A stretch of 64,000 bases of DNA from Bacteroidia bacterium (GCA_039630245.1 JBCNVK010000001.1:333598-397597), one strand, 5' to 3'; counted from the stretch's first letter, positions 17,837 to 27,887 are shown. Translations and numbers: made by a program. Notes: generated by a model not told the origin, from the letters alone.

Positions 17837-18386
17837 GTGGGCGACACGGCTTGCCTTTTTCTCTCATCCCATTGTATTAGAAGTCGTATGGATTTCCTAC
17901 TACAGCCGCTGGCATCCCGGATGGATGATAGCGAGTTTCGCCCTTCTAATAGGCTTAGGGGGCTTTTTTCATTATCAACTCCATTACTATCCTGAGCAGT
18001 GGGATATTCTAGCCCTCCTCAAATCCCCTCGGCGATTCCTTCTTCTATGGCATACATTTGCCATTTTTCTATTGTGGGGCGCGGCTACCCCCATTCTCCT
18101 ACACCTCTGGCTGGGCTTCTTTTTATGGATGAGCCTAGCCGCTTTGATGCTCCATTGGGTCACCGAGTATTCCTTTCATGCCTACGGCTGGGGGGGCCTA
18201 GCGGGCTTCTTTAGCTGGTATTTTTCTACCTACCCTTTTACTACTCTACTTTGGCTTGTAGGTACTGTGGGTGTGGCGTATCTGCGCTACACTACCCGAA
18301 GCCACTCACTGAGGGAAGTAGTTTTGGGGGCGGCGGCGGGGCTAGTCAGCGCTTGGCTCTACCAGCTTGCGCAAAGCCTTACTTAG
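17787..18386 (+). CDS. polytopic membrane protein, divergent PAP2-like phosphatase
   Basis: 199 aa with about 5 TM segments. Degenerate PAP2 motifs: YSFHAYGWG (C2-like) and RSHSLREVVLGAAAG (C3-like, Asp replaced by Glu). The start is uncertain (50-nt overlap with the upstream gene). Confidence 0.35.
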   Translation: MLGFGQTLYNWLSDGDRWATRLAFFSHPIVLEVVWISYYSRWHPGWMIASFALLIGLGGFFHYQLHYYPEQWDILALLKSPRRFLLLWHTFAIFLLWGAATPILLHLWLGFFLWMSLAALMLHWVTEYSFHAYGWGGLAGFFSWYFSTYPFTTLLWLVGTVGVAYLRYTTRSHSLREVVLGAAAGLVSAWLYQLAQSLT

Positions 18387-19443
18387 GCGCGCGCAGGAGC
18401 CAAATCCCTGCTATAGTGAAAAAAAGCAGGTTAGGTAGCCACACCCCTAGCCACGCCCAGCCTGTAATGCCGCCTAGGGCGCTTTTAGCAATCACTAAGA
18501 GAAAGACATAAATGAAGGCCAGTACCAGTCCTAGGCCGATTTGCCAGGCTACACCGCCACGCCGTTTGCGCGAGGCGGAGGCAAACCCCAGCGCCGTCAG
18601 TCCCAAAGACGCTAAAGGAATGGCTATCCGCTCATGAAGCTCCATCTCCAAAAGGTCTGCGATATCGCCCCCCACATACCGCTGGCGCTGATACTCCGCC
18701 CATAGCTCCTTCAGCGTCATTGTGCGCGCATAGAGGTCCGACCGAATAATATCCTCAGGCGTCAGCGGTAAAAGCGTATCCATTTGCGCTATATAGCGCG
18801 GCGGCTTACCTGCGACGAAGTACCACACCTGAAAAAATCGCCACCGGCCCGTAGCGCGCAGCCATTGCACCTCCTGTGCTACATACCGATGCCGCAGATA
18901 CCGGCCTTGTAAGGTCTCCAAATGCGCCTCCTGCCCTACCCAGTCAAACCGATCAAAGGCCCGCACGAAAAAATAATCCTCACGCGAGAGCTTTATATGT
19001 ACTTGACGCTGATCAAAGTAAAGGCGATTCTTGATGTACTTGTATTCAAACTCCTCTATGCGTCGAACATTTTGCGGAATGACATAGAGCTGGAGGGTAG
19101 AGCTTACCACACTAAGCAGGAAAGCTAAGGCTAGATAAGGCCAAAGAATCCGCCAGAAACTCACACCGCTAGCTAAAAGGGCTACAATCTCCGAACGCTG
19201 CGCCAAACGCCCCGTAAAAAAAAGCACCGATAGAAAAATCATTAGGGGCGAAAGAAGATTAGCATAGAAAGGAATGAGATTTTGGTAATACCGCAGGAGG
19301 GCTGAAAAGGGCACTTTACGGGCCACAAAATCATCTATCTTCTCCGCCACATCAATAGCAACAAGGACTACTACAAGGAGGAGAAGGCTACCTAAAAAGC
19401 TTATCAGGAAGTGGCGCAGGATGTAGCGGTCCAGGCGTTTCAC
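18379..19443 (-). CDS. LptF/LptG-family LPS export permease
   Basis: 354 aa. N-terminal MKRLDRYILRHFLISFLGSLLLL and the TM / periplasmic beta-jellyroll / TM organisation typical of the YjgP/YjgQ family. Confidence 0.8.
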   Translation of the reverse strand: MKRLDRYILRHFLISFLGSLLLLVVVLVAIDVAEKIDDFVARKVPFSALLRYYQNLIPFYANLLSPLMIFLSVLFFTGRLAQRSEIVALLASGVSFWRILWPYLALAFLLSVVSSTLQLYVIPQNVRRIEEFEYKYIKNRLYFDQRQVHIKLSREDYFFVRAFDRFDWVGQEAHLETLQGRYLRHRYVAQEVQWLRATGRWRFFQVWYFVAGKPPRYIAQMDTLLPLTPEDIIRSDLYARTMTLKELWAEYQRQRYVGGDIADLLEMELHERIAIPLASLGLTALGFASASRKRRGGVAWQIGLGLVLAFIYVFLLVIAKSALGGITGWAWLGVWLPNLLFFTIAGIWLLRAPK

Positions 19444-22010
19444 GACTGAGCGGCAAGCTGGCGCAGTTCTTGAAGCTTGAAGAGCGCTTCTATAGGGGTG
19501 AGCGTATTCGGGTCTAACTCTAAAAGGCGCTTGCGGAGCTGGTTTTCTTTATCGGGCGGCAGGGAAAAGAGCGTATCGCTAATGGCTGAGGCAGGGGTGG
19601 ACTGGCGCTGGAGGTACTCCAGCAGCTCGGTAGCCCGCCGAATTACCGTCGGGGGTAGCCCTGCCATTTCGGCCACATTCAGGCCAAAACTGCGGCGCAT
19701 AGCGCCCCGGCGCAGTTGATGCAGGAAAATCAGCTTATTCCCCCGCTGCTCTACCGCTAGGTGGTAATTAGCCAAGCGGGGCAGAGCGGCCTCAAGCTGG
19801 GTGAGCTCGTGGTAATGCGTCGCAAAAAGAGTCCAAGGCCGGCAATTAGGCGTATTGTGGAGATACTCTAAAAGGGCCCATGCAATCGCCAGGCCGTCAT
19901 AGGTGCTTGTCCCACGGCCGATTTCATCAAGGACTATAAAGCTTTGGTCGGTGGCCTGATGCAGAATCTGGGCCGCCTCCTGCATCTCTACAAGAAAGGT
20001 ACTTTCGCCCGCGGCTAAGTTATCCGAAGCCCCTATGCGTGTAAGAATCTGATCTACGGGATGAATCTCCGCCTGCTCCGCCGGCACGAAACTGCCGATT
20101 TGGGCCAAAAGGATTATTAGCGCATTCTGGCGCATATAGGCTGACTTACCGGCCATGTTGGGGCCCGTGATGAGCAGAATTTTAGTCTCTGGCGTAAGAT
20201 GAAGGTCATTAGGCTGGTAAGGCTGATGAGGGGGTAAAAAGCGTTCAATTACGGGATGGCGTCCCTGCCGAATCGTAATAACGGGCTTATCCGTAAAGAC
20301 AGGGCGCGTATAGTGGTACTTGTGGGCTACTTCGGCTAAAGCTAGGCTTACATCTACCTCGGCGGCCCAGTGGGCGATTCGTCGCAGGAGGGGCACGTAG
20401 GGCTTGAGCGTTTGGAGCAGCTGGGCATATATAAGCGGTTCGCGTTCGGCAAGGATTTCTTCGGCGGAGGCGATTTCAGCGCTGAGGCGGTCCAGTTCTG
20501 GGCTGGAGAAGCGAGCCATCCCTTGGGCTAATTGCTGACGGAGGCGATACTCTGGCGGTACCTTAGCTAAATGGCTGGCGGTGATGTGGAATACATACCC
20601 AAGCTGGCGGTTAAGTTGAATTTTGAGGTTAGGGATACCCAGCCGCTCGCGCTCGCGCGCAGCGAGAGCCTGGATAGCCTCTTCGGCATGGGTGCGCAGG
20701 TAGCGCGCCCGATCTAGGGCTTCATCTATACCTTCGGCGATTACGGTACCCTCGCCGGGCCTTTCCCCCGTGTAAGGTGGGGTAGGCTCTAAGCGCAGAT
20801 ATTTTGCGATAATCTGCTCCACCTGCTCAAGCGCCCCAAGGAGCTCTTCGGAAAGATGGAAGAGAGCTGGCAGGCTGTCATGAAGGTTTTTGCAGGCCTT
20901 GAGGCCGAAGTACAGATGGGCCACCTCGCGCGGGGTAGCTTTAGCCGTAGAGAGGCGCGCCAAGCGCCGTTCTAAATCGCCTACCCCTCGCAGGAGAGCT
21001 TTCCATTCCGCATAACGCTCCGCCAGCTTATATAGCGCCTCGACCCGATCTAGGCGATTTTCCAACGTGGGGACATCGGTAAGGGGTAAGCTAAGGCGGG
21101 CACGCAAAAGACGCGTCCCACCAGCCGTAACCGTACATCGCAGGACATCTAAAAGCGTTTTGCCACCTGCCTGCAAAGGAGTCAAAATTTCCAAATGCCG
21201 CAGTGTATTAGCAGGAAGAATAGCGGTTTTATCCACAGGTATCAAACGCGGAAAATCCAGATGAGGAAGCTGGGTAAAGCGCATATCTTGGAGATACTTC
21301 AAAAAGGCCGCATAGGCCCCGCCTATATGCGTATCCTCTAAGAAAACAGCCTTTGGGGGGGCTGTGTAGCCATAAATCGCCCGAAAAAGCTCAGGCAAAA
21401 GGTTTTTATCAAAATACCACTCGGGCAGAGGCTCTAGGCGCACACTGTCAGTATAAAGCGTTTTCAAGAGGGGCTCCTGGTCGGGATATACCAAGACTTC
21501 TTTAGGGGCGAAAGCCGACAAAAGCCCTTCTAGCCGAGCTAGTTTGCCTTTATAGTAAAGCACACGGCCAGAGGCCGCTACATCTGCTAAAAAAAGTACG
21601 GCCTCCTCTGGCTGGTAGGCCCAAAAAGTGGCCATATAGAGGGTGCTCGTGAGCTCTTCCTCACTAGGCCAGTACGTAGCGGCAGTGGCTATCTGGGTAA
21701 TTTCCCGCCGAACGATACGGCGGGCCTTTTTAGGGTCTTCTACTTGATCGCAAATCGCTACGCGGTAGCCCGCCGCCACCAGCTGGGGTAAATAGGTATC
21801 CAGCGCCCGCACCGGAAAGCCCGCCAGCAGTACATCGCCCGCCTTTCCATTATTGCGTCGCGTCAGATTGAGCCCTAAAAGAGCCGAAACAAGCTGCGCA
21901 TCTTCCTCAAAGGTTTCGTAGAAATCCCCTACTTGAAAGAGTAAAATAGCCCCCGGCTGCTGCGCCTTAAGCGCATAGTACTGCTGCATCAGCTCGGTAG
22001 ACTCAGACAT
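19440..22010 (-). CDS. mutS: DNA mismatch repair protein MutS
   Basis: 856 aa. N-terminal mismatch-binding FQVGDFYETF, Walker A GPNMAGKS, STFLVEM, DEIGRGTSTYDG. Confidence 0.95.
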   Translation of the reverse strand: MSESTELMQQYYALKAQQPGAILLFQVGDFYETFEEDAQLVSALLGLNLTRRNNGKAGDVLLAGFPVRALDTYLPQLVAAGYRVAICDQVEDPKKARRIVRREITQIATAATYWPSEEELTSTLYMATFWAYQPEEAVLFLADVAASGRVLYYKGKLARLEGLLSAFAPKEVLVYPDQEPLLKTLYTDSVRLEPLPEWYFDKNLLPELFRAIYGYTAPPKAVFLEDTHIGGAYAAFLKYLQDMRFTQLPHLDFPRLIPVDKTAILPANTLRHLEILTPLQAGGKTLLDVLRCTVTAGGTRLLRARLSLPLTDVPTLENRLDRVEALYKLAERYAEWKALLRGVGDLERRLARLSTAKATPREVAHLYFGLKACKNLHDSLPALFHLSEELLGALEQVEQIIAKYLRLEPTPPYTGERPGEGTVIAEGIDEALDRARYLRTHAEEAIQALAARERERLGIPNLKIQLNRQLGYVFHITASHLAKVPPEYRLRQQLAQGMARFSSPELDRLSAEIASAEEILAEREPLIYAQLLQTLKPYVPLLRRIAHWAAEVDVSLALAEVAHKYHYTRPVFTDKPVITIRQGRHPVIERFLPPHQPYQPNDLHLTPETKILLITGPNMAGKSAYMRQNALIILLAQIGSFVPAEQAEIHPVDQILTRIGASDNLAAGESTFLVEMQEAAQILHQATDQSFIVLDEIGRGTSTYDGLAIAWALLEYLHNTPNCRPWTLFATHYHELTQLEAALPRLANYHLAVEQRGNKLIFLHQLRRGAMRRSFGLNVAEMAGLPPTVIRRATELLEYLQRQSTPASAISDTLFSLPPDKENQLRKRLLELDPNTLTPIEALFKLQELRQLAAQS

Positions 22011-22794
22011 GTGGCATGTCCTTTAGTAAGGCTTCCATAAGGCGTTTGACATTTTGGGCCTCCCGACTGAGCTGAAACCAGCGCTCACGCGGGCGATTGC
22101 TAAGTTCGTCGTACGAGATACGGGGAAAATAAAGCATTGAGTGTAGGCTAAACCTATGAATACGCGTAATTCGTAAGGGTAGGTTAAGCACAGGATTTTT
22201 CATCAGTGGTCGTACGTATGAGGGTTGCCAGCGGGCCACAAGTGGCCAAAGCCAGCTAGGCACATAAAAATCTTTACCCCATTCCTCTGAGCCGCGATGG
22301 ACCGTAATAAGTATTGGTGCATTCGCCGCTACGGCTAACTCTATAAACTTAGGTGAGCGAAAAGGACGGATTTCATAGACATCACCCAGCACGCAATTGT
22401 CCCCTTCCGGGAATATGGCTATGTCAGATACCTCTCTTTCTTTGAATGTTTCAATAACCTTAGAGAAGTGGGGAGGTTCGTGGCTTTCAAAGATAGTCTT
22501 CAATATCCATCGGGTGGGGCCAAAACGATAAAGGGATCGGTGGAAGACGCCTAAGGCATGGCGTTGCTTACCACCTGCCTCTAAAGCCACCTTGAGCATA
22601 GCTAAGATAGCCGGGATCCAGCCCAAGGAGCCAGCATGACTTATTGCATGGACTATTTTGGGGTATTTAGCTAACACTTCCCTAAGCGGAGGGGTGCTTC
22701 GGAAGAGGATATCATCAAAAATGAGTGGATACAGCCACCGTACCCGGGCGTAAAGGGTGGGCAGGGGTAGGGCTACACCTACGCTCGCCTTCAT
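22003..22794 (-). CDS. hypothetical protein, lysophospholipid acyltransferase-like
   Basis: Start moved to ATG MKASVGV (the ORF track used TTG at 22809, inside the terminator T-tract). It contains an IAIFPEGDN block reminiscent of PlsC-type acyltransferases, but no clear HX4D motif. Confidence 0.4.
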   Translation of the reverse strand: MKASVGVALPLPTLYARVRWLYPLIFDDILFRSTPPLREVLAKYPKIVHAISHAGSLGWIPAILAMLKVALEAGGKQRHALGVFHRSLYRFGPTRWILKTIFESHEPPHFSKVIETFKEREVSDIAIFPEGDNCVLGDVYEIRPFRSPKFIELAVAANAPILITVHRGSEEWGKDFYVPSWLWPLVARWQPSYVRPLMKNPVLNLPLRITRIHRFSLHSMLYFPRISYDELSNRPRERWFQLSREAQNVKRLMEALLKDMPHV

Positions 22795-22800
22795 AGGGAA

Positions 22801-22838
22801 AAAATACAAAAAAAGGGTAGAGGCGGATGCCTCTACCC
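22801..22838 (-). terminator. rho-independent terminator after the FecR/FN3/TPR gene
   Basis: On the minus strand: a perfect 10-bp stem GGGTAGAGGC / GCCTCTACCC with a 4-nt loop, followed by TTTTTTTGTATTTTTT. Confidence 0.75.
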
Positions 22839-22866
22839 CTGTGCTAGATTTTGTACAGAAGTGTAT

Positions 22867-23781
22867 TTACTCGGTTACACTTGTCTGGATGGTGAGGGCC
22901 CGCTGAGCAAGGCCATCACGCAAGGCTACATAGCCTTCGGCTCCAGGCTCCAAGGCTACAGCTTGCTGATAAGCATTCCACGCATAGCCGAAAAGGCCAT
23001 TCTGTTCATAGAAGGCACCTAGAATGGCTTGCCCGGCGGCTGTATTCAGATCCAGACTACGGCGCAGATTTTCTTCTTCCTTCTTGAGGGCGGCGGCCCG
23101 CTCGGCTGGCAATACCCGCAGGCACAGACCCGTAGAGCGCAGGCTAGCATGGCGGCGCGTACTTACCCGCCAGTAGTAGCAGGGTCCTGGCTTGAGTTTT
23201 TGCTCGAGGTTGATTTCTATGCTGGTCTGGTCGGCCGAGGCTTCCTGAGAGTGAATCACTTGGGCCGCTTCATCTAGCACTTCTACGATGTAGCCTTCGG
23301 ACCCAGGCACCCGATCCCAGTGAAGCTGAATGCGGTCGGCATAGAAGAGGCTTTGAGCCGGGACACGCGGCGTAGGCGCCATGGTAGAACGGGTCACGGC
23401 GCCTAAGGTCTTACCTGATGCGCGCCCCCCGCTGGAAGCCACCGCTTGGCTTATTACATAGCCTGTATAGCGGGAGACATAAGGATTATCATCGGCGGCG
23501 GGGCCTCGCTGCGCCAGCAACTCGCCTAGGGTATAGGTGCCACTTTGACGCAGCTCGCGCGTTTTATTGCCCGGGAAGACAAGCGCTACATAAGACTGCG
23601 GGCCTAAGCGAATCTTCTGCTGTTCTGTCAGCTTCATGCCCGTAACCGCTTTAGCCCATCCGCCCCCTTGCTCTACCTGTACATCGCCCCGTGTGGCGAG
23701 AATGGTAATATTCTGGGCATACCCAGACAGAATTGTCAGCCCAGCAACAAGGGCTAAAGTTTGGCGTGCGATGTAGCTCAT
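22867..23781 (-). CDS. secreted FecR-like / fibronectin-III-like / TPR protein
   Basis: Start moved to MSYIARQTLALVAGLTILSGYAQN (signal peptide). The ORF-track extension overlaps the upstream gene. FecR-like segment (ATRGDVQVEQGGGWAKAVTGMKL), FN3-like (IQLHWDRVPGSEGYIVEVLD), C-terminal TPR (NAYQQAVALEPG). Confidence 0.5.
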   Translation of the reverse strand: MSYIARQTLALVAGLTILSGYAQNITILATRGDVQVEQGGGWAKAVTGMKLTEQQKIRLGPQSYVALVFPGNKTRELRQSGTYTLGELLAQRGPAADDNPYVSRYTGYVISQAVASSGGRASGKTLGAVTRSTMAPTPRVPAQSLFYADRIQLHWDRVPGSEGYIVEVLDEAAQVIHSQEASADQTSIEINLEQKLKPGPCYYWRVSTRRHASLRSTGLCLRVLPAERAAALKKEEENLRRSLDLNTAAGQAILGAFYEQNGLFGYAWNAYQQAVALEPGAEGYVALRDGLAQRALTIQTSVTE

Positions 23782-23801
23782 AGGGGGAAGTAAGGCAAAA
23801 T

Positions 23802-24911
23802 TTATGCCAAGCGGCCTCCCCCTCCAATCTCCACTTCCCCCGCTAGAAGTACCCCCCACAGGTAAGGCTCTATGGCAAGCCAGCAGCCCTTCGCCGCAAG
23901 GAGAAGGGTAAGCTCTATGCCGACCCAAATTAGCAGGCCCTGGAGCAAACGCACCCCCACCCACCGTAGCCTTACCCTGTCTAAATACCTACTCAACAGG
24001 CTAATCAACCCATAACCCAAAACTAGAAGGGCCCATGACCACCCTACCGATAATTGCAGGTACCGCCACCTATGCACGAGCATGCTGGCTATGTTAGCAT
24101 GTATAACTACGCCATACATGTCTGGAAAACTGGGCCGCAGAAAGCTCAAGCCTAAGGGCGTGAAAAAAATATCCTCCATAGAAAGGCGTATCGGGTCTGA
24201 GAAGCCCATAAGAATAGCTTTACCCTTGATCCAGGGCAAAGCCAAGCTGTCACGCAGAACTTCTTCGCCGCTTATGGAGTAAAAGTGGTCGAGGTTGCCG
24301 CGAAATCGGATGGGTTGTATCCCCTGCCAGGCGCTCAGCTCGTGATAAAGGGTTGTGTCCAGAGCTAGAGCCACGCGTAGGCCCAAAGAATAATGCGTAT
24401 CCCCGTTGGCCACCGTATAGGGCAGAAATTCTCGCACGGTGCGCGAGGCATAGGCTTCCTGAAGGATCAGGTTAGCGTAGGCCGTCTCCACGCACCGCAG
24501 GAAGGGCGCTGCGCTTACGGCACGCGGCGCCGCTTGCTCTACCCGAGGGGTATCTTCCAAGCTACTTACTAGGCATACAGGTATCCGCACGGCTACGCTA
24601 CATAGAGCCGCTTCCCAGGCCTGGTCTATTTCGGGCGTTCCTAAAAAGGAGAATACGGCATCTATGCCTATAAAGCGCGGCTGATATTCGGCCAAACGCA
24701 GAAGTAAACGGGCTAACTCGGCCCGATCCAAACGCGCAATGTCTACGATTACAATTTGGGTGTCTGGTTCGGCGGGGGGCAGCCGCTTATAGACTAGATC
24801 ATGAATCCGCCACCCCCACATAGAAGGCGGAAAGAGATAGTCTAGCAAGAAAGCCCCGCCACTTACTAGGGCCAGCCGACTTAGCCACCCTACCAGCGCC
24901 TTAGCCTTCAT
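23802..24911 (-). CDS. stand-alone CHASE2 domain membrane protein (no output domain)
   Basis: 369 aa. N-terminal TM segment. CHASE2-like periplasmic region (IVIVDIARLDRAELARLLLRLAEYQPRFIGIDAVF, GVVIHANIASMLV). Three C-terminal TM segments and then the stop. Confidence 0.65.
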   Translation of the reverse strand: MKAKALVGWLSRLALVSGGAFLLDYLFPPSMWGWRIHDLVYKRLPPAEPDTQIVIVDIARLDRAELARLLLRLAEYQPRFIGIDAVFSFLGTPEIDQAWEAALCSVAVRIPVCLVSSLEDTPRVEQAAPRAVSAAPFLRCVETAYANLILQEAYASRTVREFLPYTVANGDTHYSLGLRVALALDTTLYHELSAWQGIQPIRFRGNLDHFYSISGEEVLRDSLALPWIKGKAILMGFSDPIRLSMEDIFFTPLGLSFLRPSFPDMYGVVIHANIASMLVHRWRYLQLSVGWSWALLVLGYGLISLLSRYLDRVRLRWVGVRLLQGLLIWVGIELTLLLAAKGCWLAIEPYLWGVLLAGEVEIGGGGRLA

Positions 24912-25621
24912 GCCAGCGCCTGCTTATAGCGCCGTATCGTCTCACTTATACCAAAGTATAAAGCATCGGCGATAAGCGCATGGCCAATAGAAACTTCCAT
25001 TAGGTTTGGCAAGTGTACCCGAAGGAAGCGCAGGTTTTGCAGGTTGAGGTCATGGCCGGCGTGTAGGCGCAGGCCTAACTCCTGAGCCTTTTGCGCAGCC
25101 CGGTGGTAGGGCGCAATCGCTCGCTCGGGATCTTCCCGAAAAGCTTTTGCGTAAGGTCCTGTAAAAAGCTCCACGCAGTCGGCCCCAATCTCAGCAGCCG
25201 CTTCCACCTGGGCAGGCTCCGGATTGATAAAGAGGCTGACGCGTAGCCCCCACTCGTGCAGGCGTTCTATGATAGGGGCTAAAAAGCCTCGGTGGGCCTC
25301 TACTTCCCAGCCGTGATCCGAGGTAAGGGCATTAGGCGGATCAGGCACTAGCGTAACTTGAGCCGGCCGGACCTTCTCTACAAGCGCAAGGAACTCGGGT
25401 GAGGGGAAACCCTCCACATTTAATTCTACACCGATTGCGTCACGAAGGGTCAGGACGTCGGTGTAGCGAATGTGTCGCTGATCGGGGCGGGGATGCACGG
25501 TAATCCCATCCGCTCCAGCCCGCTCACACACCTGAGCAAAAGCCACAACGTCTGGAATATTACCAGGGCGGGAATTGCGCAGAAGAGCTACCTTATTTAT
25601 ATTCACGCTTAGACGGGTCAT
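24908..25621 (-). CDS. pdxJ: pyridoxine 5'-phosphate synthase
   Basis: 237 aa. LSVNINKVALLRNSR, TVHPRPDQRHI, ELNVEG, VSLFI and IGHALI motifs of PdxJ. Confidence 0.9.
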   Translation of the reverse strand: MTRLSVNINKVALLRNSRPGNIPDVVAFAQVCERAGADGITVHPRPDQRHIRYTDVLTLRDAIGVELNVEGFPSPEFLALVEKVRPAQVTLVPDPPNALTSDHGWEVEAHRGFLAPIIERLHEWGLRVSLFINPEPAQVEAAAEIGADCVELFTGPYAKAFREDPERAIAPYHRAAQKAQELGLRLHAGHDLNLQNLRFLRVHLPNLMEVSIGHALIADALYFGISETIRRYKQALA

Positions 25622-26826
25622 TCGGGCACGTCAATAAAATCCAGTGGATAATCTACCACTACTTTCCACGGCAGACCGGCGGCGGGAAGGCGCTCCAAAA
25701 GCGGCTCAGGGGGCAGCTGTTCTACATTCCAAACCCCCGGCTGCTTCCATACGCCCGAAACCATAAGCTCAGCGGCTATAGCAGGCGGCACCCCAGCCGT
25801 ATAGGCAATTGCCTGCGAACCGCAGTCTTGATAAGCCCATTCATGCCGAATATTAGTATAAATATAGGCTGTACGCGGCTTGCCCTGGTAAATCCCGCGC
25901 AGTTGCACCCCAATAGATACCCATCCCTTATAGTCAGGGGCTAAGGAAGCCGGATCAGGCAGAAGTTTCTGCAAGAACTTTATAGGAACTACTGGATGGC
26001 CCTCGTAATCAATAGGGTCTATGCGCGTAAGACCTACGTTCATAAAGGCTCTCAGGTGCATAAGGTAAGCCTCGCTAAAAGTCATCCAGAAGCGCGCCCT
26101 ACGAATTGTGGGAAAGTGCTTGACCAGGGATTCTAGCTCTTCATGGAATATCAGATAGGCCTTGCGAACCCCTATCTCCGGAAAGCGCACCTCCTGCGAG
26201 ATAGAGAGGGGAGGCACTTCTATAAGCCGACCGTTTTCATAGTAGCGGCCGGGCTGGGTTATTTCCCGAAGGTTGATTTCTAAATTGAAGTTAGTGGCGA
26301 AGGGGCGCCCATGCGAACCTGCATTACAGTCCACGATATCCAGATAGTGAATCTCATCAAAGAGATGCTTAGCGGCATAGGCTACGAAGGCGTTAGTGAT
26401 CCCTGGGTCAAATCCAATTCCTAAAACAGCCATGAGGCCCGCCTGCACATAGCGTTCGTGGTAGGCCCACTGGTAACGGTATTCATAGAGAGGCGTTTCG
26501 GGAGGCTCGTAAGAAGCCGTATCTAAGTAATGTACCCCTGCCTCTAAACAGGCCTCCATAAGCGGAAGGTCCTGATAAGGAAGGGCTAAGTTTAGGAGAA
26601 GCTCAGGCTTATACTTTCGCAGGAGGGCTACGGTAGCAGCGGTATCGTCTGCGTTGAGGGTTTCGGGAATGATGCGCGCTTGAGGGTAGCGCTCAGCCAG
26701 GCGCTGGCACTTGCTGAAGGTGCGGCTAGCTACAACGATTTCTGGGAAGAGGTCTGGGCGACGGGCTAGCTTGCAAACGGTCACTTGCGCCACAGCCCCT
26801 GCGCCGACCACCACGATTCGTGCCAT
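25618..26826 (-). CDS. saccharopine dehydrogenase family protein (carboxynorspermidine/carboxyspermidine dehydrogenase-like)
   Basis: Start set at MARIVVVGAGAVAQ (Rossmann GxGxxA), with a -7 box 4 nt upstream. LNLALPYQDLPLMEACLEAGVHYLDTASYEP resembles polyamine-pathway saccharopine-dehydrogenase homologues. Confidence 0.75.
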   Translation of the reverse strand: MARIVVVGAGAVAQVTVCKLARRPDLFPEIVVASRTFSKCQRLAERYPQARIIPETLNADDTAATVALLRKYKPELLLNLALPYQDLPLMEACLEAGVHYLDTASYEPPETPLYEYRYQWAYHERYVQAGLMAVLGIGFDPGITNAFVAYAAKHLFDEIHYLDIVDCNAGSHGRPFATNFNLEINLREITQPGRYYENGRLIEVPPLSISQEVRFPEIGVRKAYLIFHEELESLVKHFPTIRRARFWMTFSEAYLMHLRAFMNVGLTRIDPIDYEGHPVVPIKFLQKLLPDPASLAPDYKGWVSIGVQLRGIYQGKPRTAYIYTNIRHEWAYQDCGSQAIAYTAGVPPAIAAELMVSGVWKQPGVWNVEQLPPEPLLERLPAAGLPWKVVVDYPLDFIDVPE

Positions 26827-26830
26827 ACTG

Positions 26831-26838
26831 CAAAGGTA
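26831..26838 (-). promoter_or_regulatory. -7 promoter box TACCTTTG, 4 nt upstream of the ATG at 26826
   Basis: Exact TAnnTTTG on the minus strand, in the divergent intergenic region. Confidence 0.5.
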
Positions 26839-26888
26839 TAATCCTACTGCGCCCACTGACGGATTGGCAGGGTGGCAAGGGGATTGCT

Positions 26889-26896
26889 TATATTTG
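26889..26896 (+). promoter_or_regulatory. -7 promoter box TATATTTG, 4 nt upstream of the htpX ATG (26901)
   Basis: Exact TAnnTTTG on the plus strand. Confidence 0.5.
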
Positions 26897-26900
26897 TCTT

Positions 26901-27785
26901 ATGACTTGGAATAGCCTCAAAACTTTTATCCTTTTGGCTACCCTCACCCTGCTACTGGTGGTGGTGGGAAAGTTAGTAGGTGGGGCCACCGGCATGACCA
27001 TAGCGCTAATTCTAGCGGCTTTCCTGAACCTAGGCGCGTATTTCTTTGGTCATAAGCTTATCCTCTGGCAGTATCGGGCGCAGCCGCTTTCGGAGCGGGA
27101 GTACGGCTGGCTTCACGAGATGACCCGACGGTTAGCTCAGCGCGCCGGCCTACCGATGCCTAAGCTTTACCTGATTCCAGAGATGCAACCAAATGCGTTT
27201 GCTACGGGGCCTTCGCCGGCGCAAGGCATAGTAGCCTTCACGGCCGGCCTTCTCCAAACTATGACGCCCCAAGAAGTAGAGGGCGTCCTGGCGCACGAAT
27301 TAGCCCACATCAAGAACCGGGATATGCTTACGATGACCATAGCGGCTACCATCGTGGGAGCTATTACTTGGCTTGTGGATATGCTACGCTGGTCGGTCTT
27401 TTTCCGCAGTGCGCGCGAACGGGAAGAGGATAATGGGCTGGGGCTAATCGTGGCTATTGCGGTAGGAATTGTTGCTAGCATTGCCGCTACGCTTATCCAG
27501 CTGGCTATCTCCCGCGCACGTGAATATGAGGCCGACCGCACCGCCGCCGAGCTGGTCGGTAGCCCAGATGGCCTAATTAGCGCCTTGAACAAGCTAGACA
27601 GCTACACGCGTGCGGTACCCATGGAGCAAGCCACTACCGCTACGGCGCATCTTTTCATTGCCAATCCTTTAGCCGGAGCTGGGGATTTTCTTTTGGAGCT
27701 TTTCAGTACGCACCCGCCTATTCCGAAGCGGATAGCCCGATTGAGCCAGCTTCGCCAAAGGCGTGCTTCCTACCGACTTGCCTGA
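26901..27785 (+). CDS. htpX: zinc metalloprotease HtpX (peptidase M48)
   Basis: Start set at MTWNSLKTFILLATL. HEXXH motif HELAHIKNRD, downstream EYEADR, TM helices, C-terminal STHPPIPKRIARL. Confidence 0.85.
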   Translation: MTWNSLKTFILLATLTLLLVVVGKLVGGATGMTIALILAAFLNLGAYFFGHKLILWQYRAQPLSEREYGWLHEMTRRLAQRAGLPMPKLYLIPEMQPNAFATGPSPAQGIVAFTAGLLQTMTPQEVEGVLAHELAHIKNRDMLTMTIAATIVGAITWLVDMLRWSVFFRSAREREEDNGLGLIVAIAVGIVASIAATLIQLAISRAREYEADRTAAELVGSPDGLISALNKLDSYTRAVPMEQATTATAHLFIANPLAGAGDFLLELFSTHPPIPKRIARLSQLRQRRASYRLA

Positions 27786-27887
27786 AAAGGCGGAAGGGCA
27801 TCGCCCGCCTCGCTTCCGACCCTTGCTTCCTTTCGGACCTGGGGGATTGGGAAGGAGTGCGTCGTGCCCTCCGCACGCCAAAGATAA

